Assembly: GCA_013115145.1 (NCBI GenBank)
Contig: JAAPAO010000113.1
Coordinates: forward strand, 1 to 64,000
DNA: 64,000 bases
Reading direction: 5' to 3'
From: Perkinsus chesapeaki ATCC PRA-425
Taxonomy: Eukaryota; Protista; Perkinsozoa
Shown one piece after another: positions 1-13,440 of the stretch; the first letter of the stretch is position 1; each line of letters starts with the position of its first letter. The position numbers were made by a program, and so were the translations under genes. The notes under the pieces were generated by a model. That model was given only the letters and a program-made list of their open reading frames with translations. It was not told where the DNA came from and made no database searches.

Positions 1-3000
1 CACACACCCAAACTCCTTTTTATAAGGCTTATTAATATATTCTTGTGGTTGGTTGCACCGAGACCGTCCACACCGCCGTGAGCTTGGCGATAATGGTTTC
101 CCAGCTGTCAGATTTGACGAACATTTCAGAGTTGCCCAGGACGTAGAGCCCCTCCTTAGCACGGGACATGGCCACAATAACACGGTTTTCTATACCAGTG
201 AAACCGATCTTGCGCGCTTTGTTCGACCGCACCAACGATAAGATAACGACCTTATTTTCTTCGCCTTGGTAGTCATCGATCGTAACCACGCGCGCACCCG
301 ACTTCGTGCCGTCCGGGCTTCTTCGGAGCTCCTTGTCCAGCATGTTTCGGATGAGTCTCTTCTGACCGATGTATGGCGTCAACAGAGTTATCTCCTCAGC
401 ACTGTACTGCTGTGTGCGCACCAAATAAAGCGCCAAACCCGCCGCAAATCTGGCCTCAAAATCGTTCCTCTTCGATGTGCCCTCGTAGGCTTGCTCTGGC
501 TCTCTGTGATCGACAAAATAAACATCGGCAGCAACCCCCCCGACTCGGTCGTAGTTCTTAACTCTGTCATGATCCAGCAAGCCATTCACATAAAAATGCT
601 TCACCAACGCGCTCACCTCCGGTCGCATTCTCAACTGAGTCGTCAGTCTAGTGAAGGGCACATCGACGTTGATTAAGCGCTCGAACAAGGATATGTCGAA
701 ATGGTTCTTCTTGGTCAGCTCGTACGCATTCACCTTGGGCCTCAGTTGCTGGTGGTCACCGATCATAACCAAATGTTGAAGGTTCGGTGATGACAAACTG
801 GCCACCAGCTGACACTCCAGCAGTTCTCCAGCTTCTTCAATGACAACAACTCTCGGGGCCAGACGATGCAGGAGGTCTCTGTTAAGAGCAGCATACGTAC
901 TGGTCATCCCGACGAGCTTAGCCCCGCGGCACGCTCGTAACGACAAAGCCTTCCTTTGTTGAGCGTGGGACTTCGCGAGTTCTCTTCCATCTTTATATAT
1001 CTGATGGAGCCTCGCCTTCATCGGTCCCTCTAGTGCTCCACCAACGGCCTCAAGGACGCCCCGTTTGTTCCTTCTAGAGCTCCTTCTGATCACCATCATC
1101 CCAGCGTCATGAACAGCATTGTGGCACGCCGCCGCAACAACGCGCGCGTTCAGCGACTCCTCTAATTTCGCGCGTATTTTCCTCTGCAACGCTGCTGCCA
1201 TCGAAAAGTCACTTTTCCATTCTTTGTTGATTCTCAAACCATCACAGTTGTCGCCATGTGGCCTATCGACTGGCCCCTCATCAGCAGCAGCCCGAGTAGG
1301 ATCCTGCACAACTTGCTCATCTTGCACTTCCTCAACGCCGCCACCACCAGCCGCCCAGTCATCCAGCTGCCTGTCGCCCTCAATTTGCTGTATTCGGTCC
1401 ATATCAATCTCACCCTCCTCCTCCCCATCTTCTATTTCCGGCTCGGGAATGGCGAATTCAAAAAGTCTCTTCACTTCGCGCTCCGCTCCGCCGACCATCA
1501 TCTCGTGCATTCCGCGCCGCGCATTTTCTGGCAGGGACCCGAAAGTCTTCTGTCGACTTGGCCTGTAGCCACCGCCGAAGTCAAAACGGTTTGACGTTCT
1601 CACTCGTCGGCCGCCACCGCCCTCCATTTGAACTCCCCAACGCTTCAGCAAATCCTTCTCGTTGTGGACCAACTCAACTTCCTCTTCCTCGAGCCAGGCA
1701 CGCAGCGCCATTACGGCGAACTCTGCCGCGTGGAAGCCCAACTTGGCGAAACTGGTGCGCCATCCTGGCGGCCTCAGGACTTTACGAAACAGACTGAACG
1801 GCAGGTAAGCCAACGCGCAGAGCAGCTGCGCGTCACCACCCTGGTAGAGAGCCACCACAGAATTCAAGGTGCGCTTGATGCCCATCAACTGATCACGGCA
1901 CTTCCTCCTTTTTTTATATTCCAAATGAGTCTCCTTCGATTTGAACCTCGGATGACATCTCTGAAGCTCCTCGTTGTCAGTCTGAGATCTTCCCCCAAAT
2001 CTCACTATACCGTTTATCATGAAGGGCAGCAAGTCCTCGAGCAACTGGTCCAGTGCATGGTTCGTTAGCGTGACCGCGAGTATAGGCTCATCGTAATGCT
2101 TGAAATCCAACACAGCACGGGCGATGCGAGAGAACTTGACACCGAGGTAACTTTTCCCGGTCCCCGGCGGACCTGAGAAGAGATAAAGATAACGAGGTGT
2201 AGTGAGACTCATCAGGCATCTATGATCTTAGCTATGCCCAAGACTTAGGCATATTCAACAATTTCAGGATTCACTTGAGAGTTCTCTACTGGGAAGTCAT
2301 TGGCTATGAAAAGTTGATAATGCTCCGGAAAAAGGGAACATTCCCGTAGAAATTGTTTAACAAATCTGCAGTAATACCGAGTAACGTTTTAACGGAAAAC
2401 TTCGCCGACTAGTGAACCACAAATGAGACCCGATCTCCGAAAAATCCGAGCATGTTTCGCGGAAAACAACATTGGAAATAACAATATTGCCACCTTGCAC
2501 GATCGCCACTGGTGTCTTCAATATGTACTTCATGGCTTCCTCTTGAGCAGCATCCAACTCGATAGGCTTCCCCGTCAACTTCGGCCATACAGCCAACGGG
2601 TCACTGACAACCGTTCCCTCACCAGCACCAACATAGAGTGGAGATAGATCAACCTTGGCAGCACGCATGTACGGCGGAGGGTCGACACTAGGCTCAACTG
2701 TGCCGAGAACAGCAGGCAATAGGGGCATGCCAGCTAGGAGATCCCCGTCTCGGAGGAAGTCGAAAACGGGCCGCTTTGCCATGAAGTAGTCGGGGCTTTC
2801 GAGCATGCAGTATTCAGATCGGAAATCAAAGCGGCGGAAGTTGTCGTCATCAAAGGCCAAGCCGACCGTGCCGCTGTTCGACTTCGTGCCGCCGGTCCTC
2901 TTTAGGTCGAAGTTCTCAACAGTTGCATAGACCAGGGATTCGGAATCCGCACGACCTTGAGGGGTGCCAGTGGTGGTCTTGAACAGAGCGACAAGAGAGC

Positions 3001-4021
3001 CGTAGATAAGATGACTTCCGAGAGTGAAGTCAACCGGTCTCGGGCAGACAAAACGAACCAGCACGAACGCCTCTGCTGTGCCCGAGACACCGAACGGCTG
3101 CTGCAGTGCTTTCACGTGGCTGTAACACATCGCTCGAGGGGGGATGCCCGAGTCGGTGGCCAAGCCGAGAGAGTGGACCAGAGCCTCTTTCAATGGTAAT
3201 AAGAATTCTTGGCGCAAACAGAAATAGTGGGTCGCTCTGTAAAGCAGGACCTCAGCTGGACTCGAGGCTTCCCACTTGTCAGCCTCGCGGTTCACCAGCT
3301 TCGACAAGGCCTTAGGTGGAACGCCTTCGTCTGTGATTTCCTCCAAGGACGGCATCAGGTGTTTCTCGTTCATAAGATTCTCATATTGCTCTTCTTCATC
3401 ACCAGCAAACTCCGTGACGCGACGCCGGTCTCGACTCGGACGAAAATTTTTTAGCGGCCCGCCGGATTTGTTGAATTCTATTTGCCTGAGGGTAACTTGA
3501 GTCATCTCTTCTCGTCAAGAGAGAGCCTCAGCCCTCTTGGCCAGCATCTCCACGGGCACCAACGTGGCCGCAGCCTGGTCAACTCTGCCGACTTCTACCA
3601 GAACACGCATGCAGCTGACCAGCGCCGCTTGGGATTGCACTTGGTTAACAAATGAAAGTGTCGACATAATTATATTAGCACTTAAGCATCTCAGTAGCTC
3701 GTCGAGTTTAGAATGGTCGAATGCAACAGGGCAGGTCACCAAAACTTCGAAAAGGACGCGGAGCTCCGCTACGGCCAGATCGCGCATGAAAAGATTGATC
3801 TTGTCTCGGAGAAGATGGACTCTATCAAGCACGAAGTCGGCGTTCTTATGGCGGCTAATGCTCCTGAGGAATCGCCCGGCTTCAGCAACACTTTCGATCT
3901 TATCACGATCAACCGGCTTCTCGCCTTCCTTCAACTTCACATGGGAGTAGCGGCAGGCATCGCCGTTACGACAATTGCCTCTGGCGAAGAAGTGGCAGGA
4001 GGGGGCCATGGGGAACCACAA
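1..4021 (-). CDS. ZNFX1/Hrr1-like Upf1-family (SF1) RNA helicase with N-terminal CCCH zinc finger; multi-exon, probably runs off the window at the left; in-frame TGA at 3515-3517
   Basis: N-terminus CHFFARGNCRNGDACRYSH (C-x7-C-x5-C-x3-H). Walker A VQG|PPGTGKS is rebuilt by a GT-AG intron 2493..2173. Further motifs: VTLTNHALDQLLE, GMTST, VIEEAGE (the EEA Walker B typical of ZNFX1), IGDHQQLRP, SLFERL, QLRMRP, LTPYIGQ, IDDYQGEE, NRVIVAMSRAK. Confidence 0.85.
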
Positions 4022-7000
4022 CTAATAAAGATAATCATAACGAGAAAGGATCCACAGCCCTTTTGATGATTCTGAATGTAATAGAAAGGTTCTGCAAGAC
4101 TTGTAGTTCATTTAGAAAGGCAAACAATTTTCAAAGAGAATATCTTCAAAAGACTCCTCTCTTTCAAGGCACCATTCCTGAAGCCTTGAATCAGCACTAG
4201 GATCCCCTCCTATGACTTAGATTCATATTTGTTTAGAGATCGAGTTGGTGTGACATTATTATTCACCAGCCTTCATGTATACTCTATGTCATGTGAAATT
4301 CAGATAAAGTATAGCTCCGTATGGCTCCAAAAAGGACTGCTTCTGCTATTTTACGTTATTCAATAATAATTATTGTATTTGTTAGACTTTTTACCATTCA
4401 TTAACTTAGTTACTATAATAATATCTTCAACTACATCACCAACTAATACCTTCGACTAGAAAATAACATACCATATTTCTCGACTATTCGTTAAATACGT
4501 TTCAATGCCGAAGCTAGCTGTGATATTCCTCACGTCAATACAGATACAGAACCTCTATAAGAGACGTGACTGTCGCTTCCACGTCTGACTATCAAGCTTC
4601 GTCCAGCCCGCCGGCCGCCTTCATTTAGGTGCGTGACACGGAGTTTTTTGACCACATTACTTTTGCACGCGTGCGCAAAGGCTGGAGCTCCTCAATGAAC
4701 TGAGATGGGTTGCACAGAAAGTTAGGTGGACCTTTCAACCATTCATTTACAATGGTAAGATGTGTCCCCATGCTTGCCTGAGCATCTTTCAACACCGGCA
4801 AACAAATGTTACAAAACAGTTTTTCAATTGGCTACTGTGAGGGCGTGCAAGGAGCACCATATGTAACAAGTTGTTATTAAGTCCGGTGCACATCAAGCCC
4901 AATATAGCATAACAGTTATTACACCACATAGTCAGGCACAATGCGGGCGAGCTGCTGCAATGTGAAAGGTAGATTCACCAGGGAAGTCGTTTTACCGAAG
5001 AACTTTGTAAACGATATAATCACTCAGGCATCGAGCGTAAAACAGCACGGAAACTCAGCGGAACAACCTTCGCGAAGTGTAACGGATCCCGGGCAGATAC
5101 CAGCGAGGTTCTTGACGGGTTTAAGAATATCGATCAGACACAATCGACTAGTAAAGTCTGAAGAACCATCAGTGTGTCATAATTCAATGTGTCTGATTCC
5201 GACACGAACACCAGACACTTGCGTATGTGAAATTGACATCAGATTGCCCGAGTCCATGAACGACTTTGCGCATCATCATCAAACATGCATGCAGATCGGC
5301 GCCGTCTGGAACAGGTTGTACTGAATGCCAGGCTGATGTGGATGGCAGGACCTGACTTAGGAAAATATCAATTAATACCAGTTATTGCTGCATTTCATGG
5401 TCAAGCGATGCCCACGGATCATGCGCCACCAACCGTTGCTAGTATGTCGGAAAAACCTACATTCTCTGAGATGAACGTTGCCGTGCAAACTTGGATAGAA
5501 TATAGGAACATGCTTATCGATAAACCGCGCACTTTGTACATCAAACGAGTCTGGTGCTCTGAGATCTCCATGACCTCGGTGAGTGTTGAAGTACCTACCA
5601 CAACACAAGTCGAGGGCAATCAACAAAAGCTAGATTATGACCGTGTACTGTAGGCGACATACAGGAATGCGTGATAGAGGCCGGTAGAAACTTTTTTAAT
5701 TTTTTTGTCAAGTAGTTCGTCATGCGCGACTTGCTATAAACCGAGCTCGTCCAGCTCCAACTACACGACAGAAATTCTATCCTGTAGTTGGAGGTGGATT
5801 CTATCATAGAATTATCTGTCCTCGACTAATAGGGGTCGACAAAAGGGGAGACAATTCCCAAATACCGTACAATTAGTGCAGGGTTACCGCTAGCCGAAAA
5901 TGCTCGCTGATATGAATATAATAACTCGTTTTCATCTTTTCTCCTCACTGATCGACTCCATAGTGTTCCTGTCGAGGTAATATCATACCAGGTGTTCTCC
6001 AATTCAACATAGGTTCGATCCTGTTGCTGTCCACCGGGTACGGATACACCGAATAGCTCGGTGGAGGCTCAGGAAGTTGTACTGGTGGCACCTGTTGAGT
6101 AGAGATACGTTCCTCGACCAACTTGTGAAATGCAATGTGGTAGGCTGCAAATGCGTGAGGTAAAAGAGAGCAATCTCGAGAGGGTGTAAAGAGAGGGTTC
6201 AATCAAGTTTAGCGAGGGACCCGATCAGAACAGAGCCATCGAGGGAAATGAAATATCAGGCCGAACAAGGAATCCATTTGGTGCTTCTTTCCCTCGCAGG
6301 AATGTATTTTTCAACCGATTCTCTTTAGTAACTTACCACTAGGAATAATTATTGAACCTCGAGGGACGCATGAAGATAGATGAGTCGCTGGCCCCTATTA
6401 GGGCCGCCGGAAGCTGGTATGCTAGGGCTGTATGTAGGTAGATAATAGCCTTGTGTTTTACGACCAAGTTTCAATGCTAGAAGGCAAAGCAGCTCGCTTA
6501 CTGTATGAACCTCCGCACCGAGAACGTATCGTTCAACAAGCTTCCTAAGATTCTCCGCCTCAGCTGCTACATGTTGGGCGTGCCGCGCAAGTGACATCGT
6601 GTGAGACGCAGCTCTTTGTGTGACCGCTTGTGTTACCTAACCCACGGGACTATGGACCGCTCCCCGCTAGTCTGGTGGGACCCTTTGAGATGTTCAACAT
6701 TATTATTTTGGCTGATTTTCTTACCTTCTGTGAAGTGTACGATCAACCATATAGGAAGCGCGCATTGGGCTCTTCGGGCAAATGTCATCCATCGCACACG
6801 TCAGGCAATTTTATGCTCTCCGAAAAAGGCCGATTTAGAACATTTACCCAAGGTCATTTGGCAGAGGAGGCTTGTTCCCAAGAGGGTCGTTTATTTCGAA
6901 GAAAGTATAGACAACTGGCAAGGGTTAAAGCGCCACCGAACTGGCCGCAGCTACAAAGCAATCAGCTAACTACGCGAGGTCTCGGACTCTGGCATGGCCC

Positions 7001-7989
7001 ATCCGCTGCAGAACAGGAAGGATTTGGGAGAGGAAGTCGGTAACACCGACACGGTTAATGTTCCCCCTCTCACTTTAGCAGCGCCTACAGCCGCCTCGCC
7101 TGCAACTGCCTTCTGTGATGGCACGAATGCTAGCTCTGGATGAACGAGGAGCTTATTGTTCTGAAAGCTCATATCGATCATTTCTCAACTCGCTGTCATT
7201 TAAGGGGGTACCCCACCTGCCAACTGGCTTGCAAGGCCAGATCAGCCCCGGGCATCTTCGAGAAGAGGTTTTGCAGTAGAGCATTTGGGCCGACCATAGC
7301 ATCGCGAAAACGAACAACAGACCTGTACTAGAATTAGCCAACTCGACTCCACCTTTCCGCTTCGGAATAGTATCACTGAATATTGAATTGTTGGACATTA
7401 CACAGGAGTGATTATACGAATGGGAATAAAACCTTGAATAAACAACAATAGTCTAACTCCTTCTAATCACATACTTTAGTAAATGTACAACTACTAAGCT
7501 TTATAACAAGCTAGAATGATAATTAGGGACAATTGTGTTGTATATATTCAACCTTTCAAAATATTCCACAACCGACTTCACTCGATTGATTCCAGACAAG
7601 CGTTGACAACGCATTCGTTTATTTCAGAGCCTTCTGGATTTGTTTAGAGAATTTAATGAGTCTGTCATAGCTTTACATTGATATGATTAATATATGCTCC
7701 ATATTGCTTTAAGTTAAAGCCTTCAACAGGAGGTGGAATCATTCCAACAGTGAGTGTGAGTGATGACCCGCGCTAAAAAAGTAGTCAAATCTACCTGAAG
7801 ACTTTCACCACATTGCGTAACTAAAGTGGGACTGGTGCCTATCCGAGTCAGTCTACCTCGTGATGAATCTATACTGCCCCCGGGGCAGTGCCCCGAGCGA
7901 CATGTCATGTCCACAACAACAAATAGCTCATCATTGAGACTAACCGTGGTCTGTGGGTCTTTGCAAGGGATTAGAGCCTTACAGTTAGC

Positions 7990-8815
7990 CTGGCTGTGAT
8001 CGAGATAATACAAATAGGATCTATAAGCTCAGTGTTGGAGGGGATAATCAATACCCGTTCTCGATGCCATTGGCAGTGCCACTAGAATACAACACGATTC
8101 GTGATGTAGTTTACAACATTTCAGCTGTGTCACAAGATGACTTTCTTGTCGTTAGTTCGAAAGCACCGATATGTTAACGCAGCAAATCTCCACGGAAGTA
8201 CACTTCCGAAGAGTGTTGAAGGCCACTACCAAGGCCACCATTATGCCTCGTAAGCCTTTGATGTCGGCGAACGCCGGAGATGTCGGTTGATCCGAGATCT
8301 AACCAACATCTACACGGAGATTCTTGACATCCTCGCGATTCTATTGTCCCATTCCCGCTTACACACAAATGGTCAAACACACAGAAGGGGACAATTGACA
8401 CAAACTATTGAAACAGAACGAATAAGAATCTTAAGAAAAAATCACAATATACTTTCGCAAAAATAACAATGAGCTCAATCGTGGTGATCATCAAACAGCC
8501 TGTTGCGCCCTCGCAGCCATCACCAGCCACTGTTCGCCGGAGTAGCTCCATCAAACTTCTCTACGGTGAAATGTCCTTCAAAAGTTGATCTTCCGGGCTG
8601 CCCGCCAGTGCCTTGGTCCTCAGCGCTGGTCGAGGCTTACTCTCCCTTGAGGTGGGGAATCTAAGGTCCCTCTGGAGTTCATCGTGAACTATCTTGCTCC
8701 TGGTGGTAGTGCTGCTGCTGTTTGTCACCGAAGGAATGCTCGCAGAGAGCTCTTTGAACCGGTTGTCGATATCGGTCTGAAAGCAGTTGAAGTTGAAAAG
8801 ATGTTGAATATCCAA
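7990..8815 (-). mobile_element. Possible decayed retroelement ORF1/gag remnant
   Basis: Broken reading frames with a degenerate knuckle-like H-SQAN-C end near 8000 and a coiled/low-complexity ORF 8561..8815, among AT-rich flanks. No intact domain. Confidence 0.25.
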
Positions 8816-10299
8816 TTATTATCATATATCCAATATCATACATTATAAACCAAATATTATCCAATATATTGTACTCCACTGCATTTTTGAAGAAATGAAG
8901 CTGCGGTGGAGCCTTTTCCGAATCCATCTACATTTTTCGAATATCTTCCCATCTTCCTCAAAGAAATCAGAATTTTCCTCCTTTTCATGCATTTCCCCGA
9001 CAAGTGTGTAAAACTATACCTACTACAAAGCTGCTAAACTTTACCCTCATCGTCTATCCTTTACAAGATCATATGACCTATTGCATTTCTAAGAATGGGT
9101 ATCCTTCGGGTATGTTGAAGGGTTATTATTCATCACTCTACGCTCAGTACTCAAGAAGCTCCGACAACTGTCAGACTCAAAGGAAATTCTGATCATTCGG
9201 TGAATTCTACGGAACCATCAACAACTGCATCGTGATGATGACAGGGTGTAATATTAGCTCACATCAAGCCCCGACGTATCTTGTTGATCTGTAATGAAGC
9301 ATCGACATGCAAAACCGGGTAAATAAGGAGGATTGTGAAGCACTGCGCAATGTACATTGTTGCACTCCACTCACAGTTGTATTTATTGAGTTTTCACCAT
9401 TCATTAACATTACTATAATAATATCTTATACATTAACAATTGATACGATAAGTCACTCGAAAGTGGGATTCATCTGGTCTCACTGTAAACTGCTTTACTG
9501 CATGGACTTGGATACTGTAAGAGATACAATGGAGATTACTCTTCTATAATATAATTATGATGACGATGAAGATATAGTTCATTCCGTCTGGGGACATTAC
9601 TGAATTCAGTCCAGGTCCATTGAGTTGTCTTAGATCGAATAATATATTAACACATTATATTGATATATTGACGATTGACCGTGTCCTTCGGTCCCTATTC
9701 CTCTACGAGCCAGAGTCTGTAGTGACCATAAGTCACGCCTCCCTCACTCCCGAAATATTGCTTTCATCAAAATAGTCGGGGACTCCAGTTCACTCTAGTT
9801 TACCTTCAAATAAGCAAACCCCATCTCGGTAACATTAAGAAGGTGCTCGAAATAATCGTGCAGATCCTGGCGTGTTTCCTCTCGCCATGCCATCACCTCC
9901 GACGTACTGTTCTGCAACAACCGTGATTCTATAGCAGCCTGAAAATGAACAAACCTCAACAACCAATCAACAATTATACCATTATTATGATCATAATATC
10001 ATACTGAAGAATTGTTCGCGACATGATCAATGCCGAATCCGAAAGAGCGCATTACATTACACCACGCGAGCGAGTAGAAGCTGCGGGAAACTACTATAAC
10101 TACACAACTTCTAATCTGCCCTCAGCAGCAGCCGCCCTAAATCCATCTCATCTTCACAATAATTTTCCATACATTTTTGTAACACCTATATTTCCCCACA
10201 GACCTACCGCCTCCTGCATTATCAACTTCTGAGTATCTCCTCTATGTGCCGCTATTGTTCTCGATGCTGCGATGTGACCGGCCATCACAGCGACAATTA

Positions 10300-10960
10300 C
10301 GAGGCTTATTATTGCTAGAACGGTCATCAAGGCCAGAACGGGCCTGTCTCGAATCGACCGCAGAGCTCTGAGGAGACCAACATCACAGACTACGCCTCAC
10401 CAAACTGTCTACGAATGCCTCAAACAAAGAGAATCAAGAAATAATAACCTATCACATCTCCACCACGACAGTACGTTCACTGATGATGAGGTCGGCGCCA
10501 AGATAGAGCAAGGAGGAATTCCCCGTTCGTTCGATGGGTTGTCTCTACATTATTTCTATCATACCAAAAGTCTTGTGCCGCTCCTGCAGCGACAGCTGCA
10601 GTCAACAATGAGCTCGGGCTGGTTTGCCAGCTTCCACTATTGGCAATGAACTAAATGAGCTCATTTGAAGTGAGTAAAGTTATCGTAGAATGCGAAACAC
10701 CGATGATTGATGAGGCATGGAAGGCAGTGAAATCAGCATTTTTGAGAATACTGGAAGAAGTAGCCTCTGTATCCTAGATCACCGATCACAAACCCTATGA
10801 GAACAGGAACCCTCAAGAAGCCTAACAGACACACTTTGCTACTGCAGCTCCCTTCGTCACTCGCCCTGTAATTAAATATCACTAAAGTACTTGAAAACGC
10901 TCGACATACTGCAACATTGCACGTTTCGACATAAAGGAGAGCCTGAAATTACTATGTCAG
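10300..10960 (+). mobile_element. Highly degenerate non-LTR reverse transcriptase remnant
   Basis: Frameshifted peptides SFDGL, KKPN, TRPVI and FDIKES occur in the order expected for PGPDG, IPK, RPISL and LDIKKAFD. Confidence 0.3.
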
Positions 10961-11058
10961 ATAATAACCATATACTCAGGAGGCTTGTGTGAATTAAAGA
11001 ACACCTAAAGCCTAGCAGCCTAAATCAATATACTACTGTTTCGTCACTCGCCCTTTAA

Positions 11059-11448
11059 TTATATATTGCATAATTCGACATAATGGAGAGTCAACTCTAT
11101 GCTCTTCAAAAGGACCTGCCCGGCCCCGTCTGCATTACCTGAGGCATCCCGTAACGAGACTTTCGCCAGATTGCAAACCTGACATAACAAGGGATCGAAC
11201 CAGGTACCGTTCATAAGGCAAACAAAAAGCTTAACCACACCACCAAATCCTCTCGTACCTCCGAAGGTCCCCAGTGGCAGGCCTTCATGCTCCGCAACAG
11301 TCTGCTTCTTAGACAACACCAACTCCAATTCCGATACACGCCGAAGCAACTTGTCGTTGAACGATTTCACCGAGGCTAGTTCAGCCTGACCATTGAGAGC
11401 AAATATCCACTTCCCTCGGGCAAAGAAATGAAATCCTCCGATCATCAC
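11059..11448 (-). mobile_element. Non-LTR retrotransposon RT remnant (domains 6-7)
   Basis: LRRVSELELVLSKKQT resembles W..GL.FS.EKT and GTWFDPLL resembles LGVWFDSKL. The YADD equivalent is lost. Confidence 0.5.
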
Positions 11449-13099
11449 TGCTGCTCAAGATTTACTGGAAGTGCAAAATATCGATATAAGAGCCCTTATT
11501 CCCAACCTTTGCCTGCCAAAGGCGATTCAGGGATATTGAAGATAGATAACACGGCAAAAATGGTAAAATTAAAATACAGCATTTGGAGATAGAGTTGATT
11601 TCGATAACCGAATGAAAATAATGAATTAATTACTGATAGAAAGTATAGATTATCTATGACGATACTAATGTTATCAATATACAGTATATTACTAGTAATC
11701 GATATATACCTATTTCATGAGATGGAGGCATTTTCCAAGCCCAGAGATATATTTTACGCTGTGGTGAGTTTTGAGTATCTTTACTACAAGTAACCCATAT
11801 CTCAATATAGATAAAGCCATGAAACCGTTCGTATTAAATTAATCCCTAAATAATGATATTCCCTCTCCCTCAGGGGCAGTCCGTTAAAGACCAATGGCAT
11901 GCCTCGAAGTGGAATTAATGACACTACATACAAGTGCCATGAACACTGAGAAAATCAACCATCCAGAAAATTTTACAAGATCAATCAATTTTACGTGAGC
12001 CCATCAAAATACATCTAGAAAGCTTTCGCAAATTCGCTGAGCGCTTTCTAAGTCATGTACACGAGAAAATTTTGTGTTAATCTCGAGAATAGCGGCACCC
12101 GATTGAGAGGACCGCTGAACCACCATCTTACTACCAGCAAAGTATCATTATTTGCCATCAACTCCCTTTGCATCACCGCTGATTTCTCTGCATCGGCCGA
12201 AAGTCTGCGAACGTGCACAACCAGAGGCACTCTGGAGGAAGTGGGCTTGGTGAAACGCTCCTGAATAAACATGATTGAAGATGGCGAAGGTAAATTGTTC
12301 AGTATACTGATGCTGACAGTTATTATGGTGATCTTCCTGTGTAATATTTTCTAGTATACTTTTCGGTGCGGTAGTAATGCGATAATGGTTCTAGTGCACG
12401 ATAACTCTGATCCGCGCACAAAGGGTCCCGGATTGATATATTAATGATACTTCTTCACGGAAAGCTAATAGTATCACTAGCCAGCAAGGTCACTGTAATG
12501 AATCTTCATTGCAGTTCTGTATAATAAATTCTCCGTATATACATAGTTCACACGAGTACGTTCGTAGGGGCACGAAGAATCCACCGTTAGTATATAATAC
12601 TAATAATCCCCCCAAAACCTGTATCATTATTATCATACAAGATTCCCGTAATGACTCCCTATCAAAGCTCTTTACAATAATATCAACACCTTCTATACCT
12701 CAACACACTACCTGTGTCAATGGGAAGTTGGCAGCGGTCATGAGCTGGCATGAACCTGTCCCTGCAGTATCCCACTTCATTGCCACCCAATCGCTCAATT
12801 CCTCTAGTGACCGCACTTGCAACTCATAAGGACCTTCCTTGTGCTGCCCCAAAACCTTAAAGGGTTTTTAACAACCTCTCGTTCAAAGGTAATTATTACT
12901 TTTAAAACAACATGCCTCGTGACATCAGGGCATCCGTCGGTTAGTTCCGGAATGGTCTCGGGCTGTGGACTGGTGCCGTTACAGTGTCTGTTGAAAATTA
13001 GAGATTTATTCAACTTATTATATTTGCAATATTTATTAACAGTTGGACGCAACAACTGCATCGGATAAATCATTATTATATGTCATTATACGTGTAATA

Positions 13100-13400
13100 A
13101 AATATAATCTATATGATTCGTTGAACATCAATTCTCCTGTTCCGAAACTAAACGCTCAAACACTAGCTCGAGATTTTCGCACAGAAGCCTTTTAACAAGC
13201 GCGAGTTAATGTAGGACCCGCTACCTTCGATAAAGATCTCCAGAATACTTGAGTGAATGATGATGCATTGGAAAATATTAAGTAACTTGGCGGTTGGCAG
13301 CAGTGTACAGTTGTCAATGTTAAAGGGAAGCTTGTTCAGATTGCAGTGCCCCCCCAGCCACTGAGCCAATCATGCGGAATGCGAGGACCAATACTTTCCA
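13100..13400 (-). mobile_element. Non-LTR (CR1/L2-like) RT remnant
   Basis: CNLNKLPFNIDNCTLL resembles W...LxFNVDKCKV, followed by GSYINSRL resembling GVIIDSKL. Confidence 0.45.
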
Positions 13401-13440
13401 ATAGCAAGTCGCCTAGGCTTCAAAATTGAACAATTTGTGA

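Noticed and set aside
3515-3517. Selenocysteine codon
   Set aside because: It is not at a redox or Cys-homologous site, and no SECIS can be assessed because the 3' UTR is outside the window. Kept only as an unexplained in-frame stop.
53-3950. Numerous plus-strand ORFs over the helicase
   Set aside because: Antisense shadows of a GC-rich coding sequence.
5285-7400. Overlapping 70-140 aa ORFs as genes
   Set aside because: No recognisable motifs or consistent exon chain; could be decayed genes or TEs.
11188-11205. B-box-like GGTTCGATCCC as a tRNA or SINE
   Set aside because: No A box or cloverleaf; it encodes the WFDP of the RT remnant.
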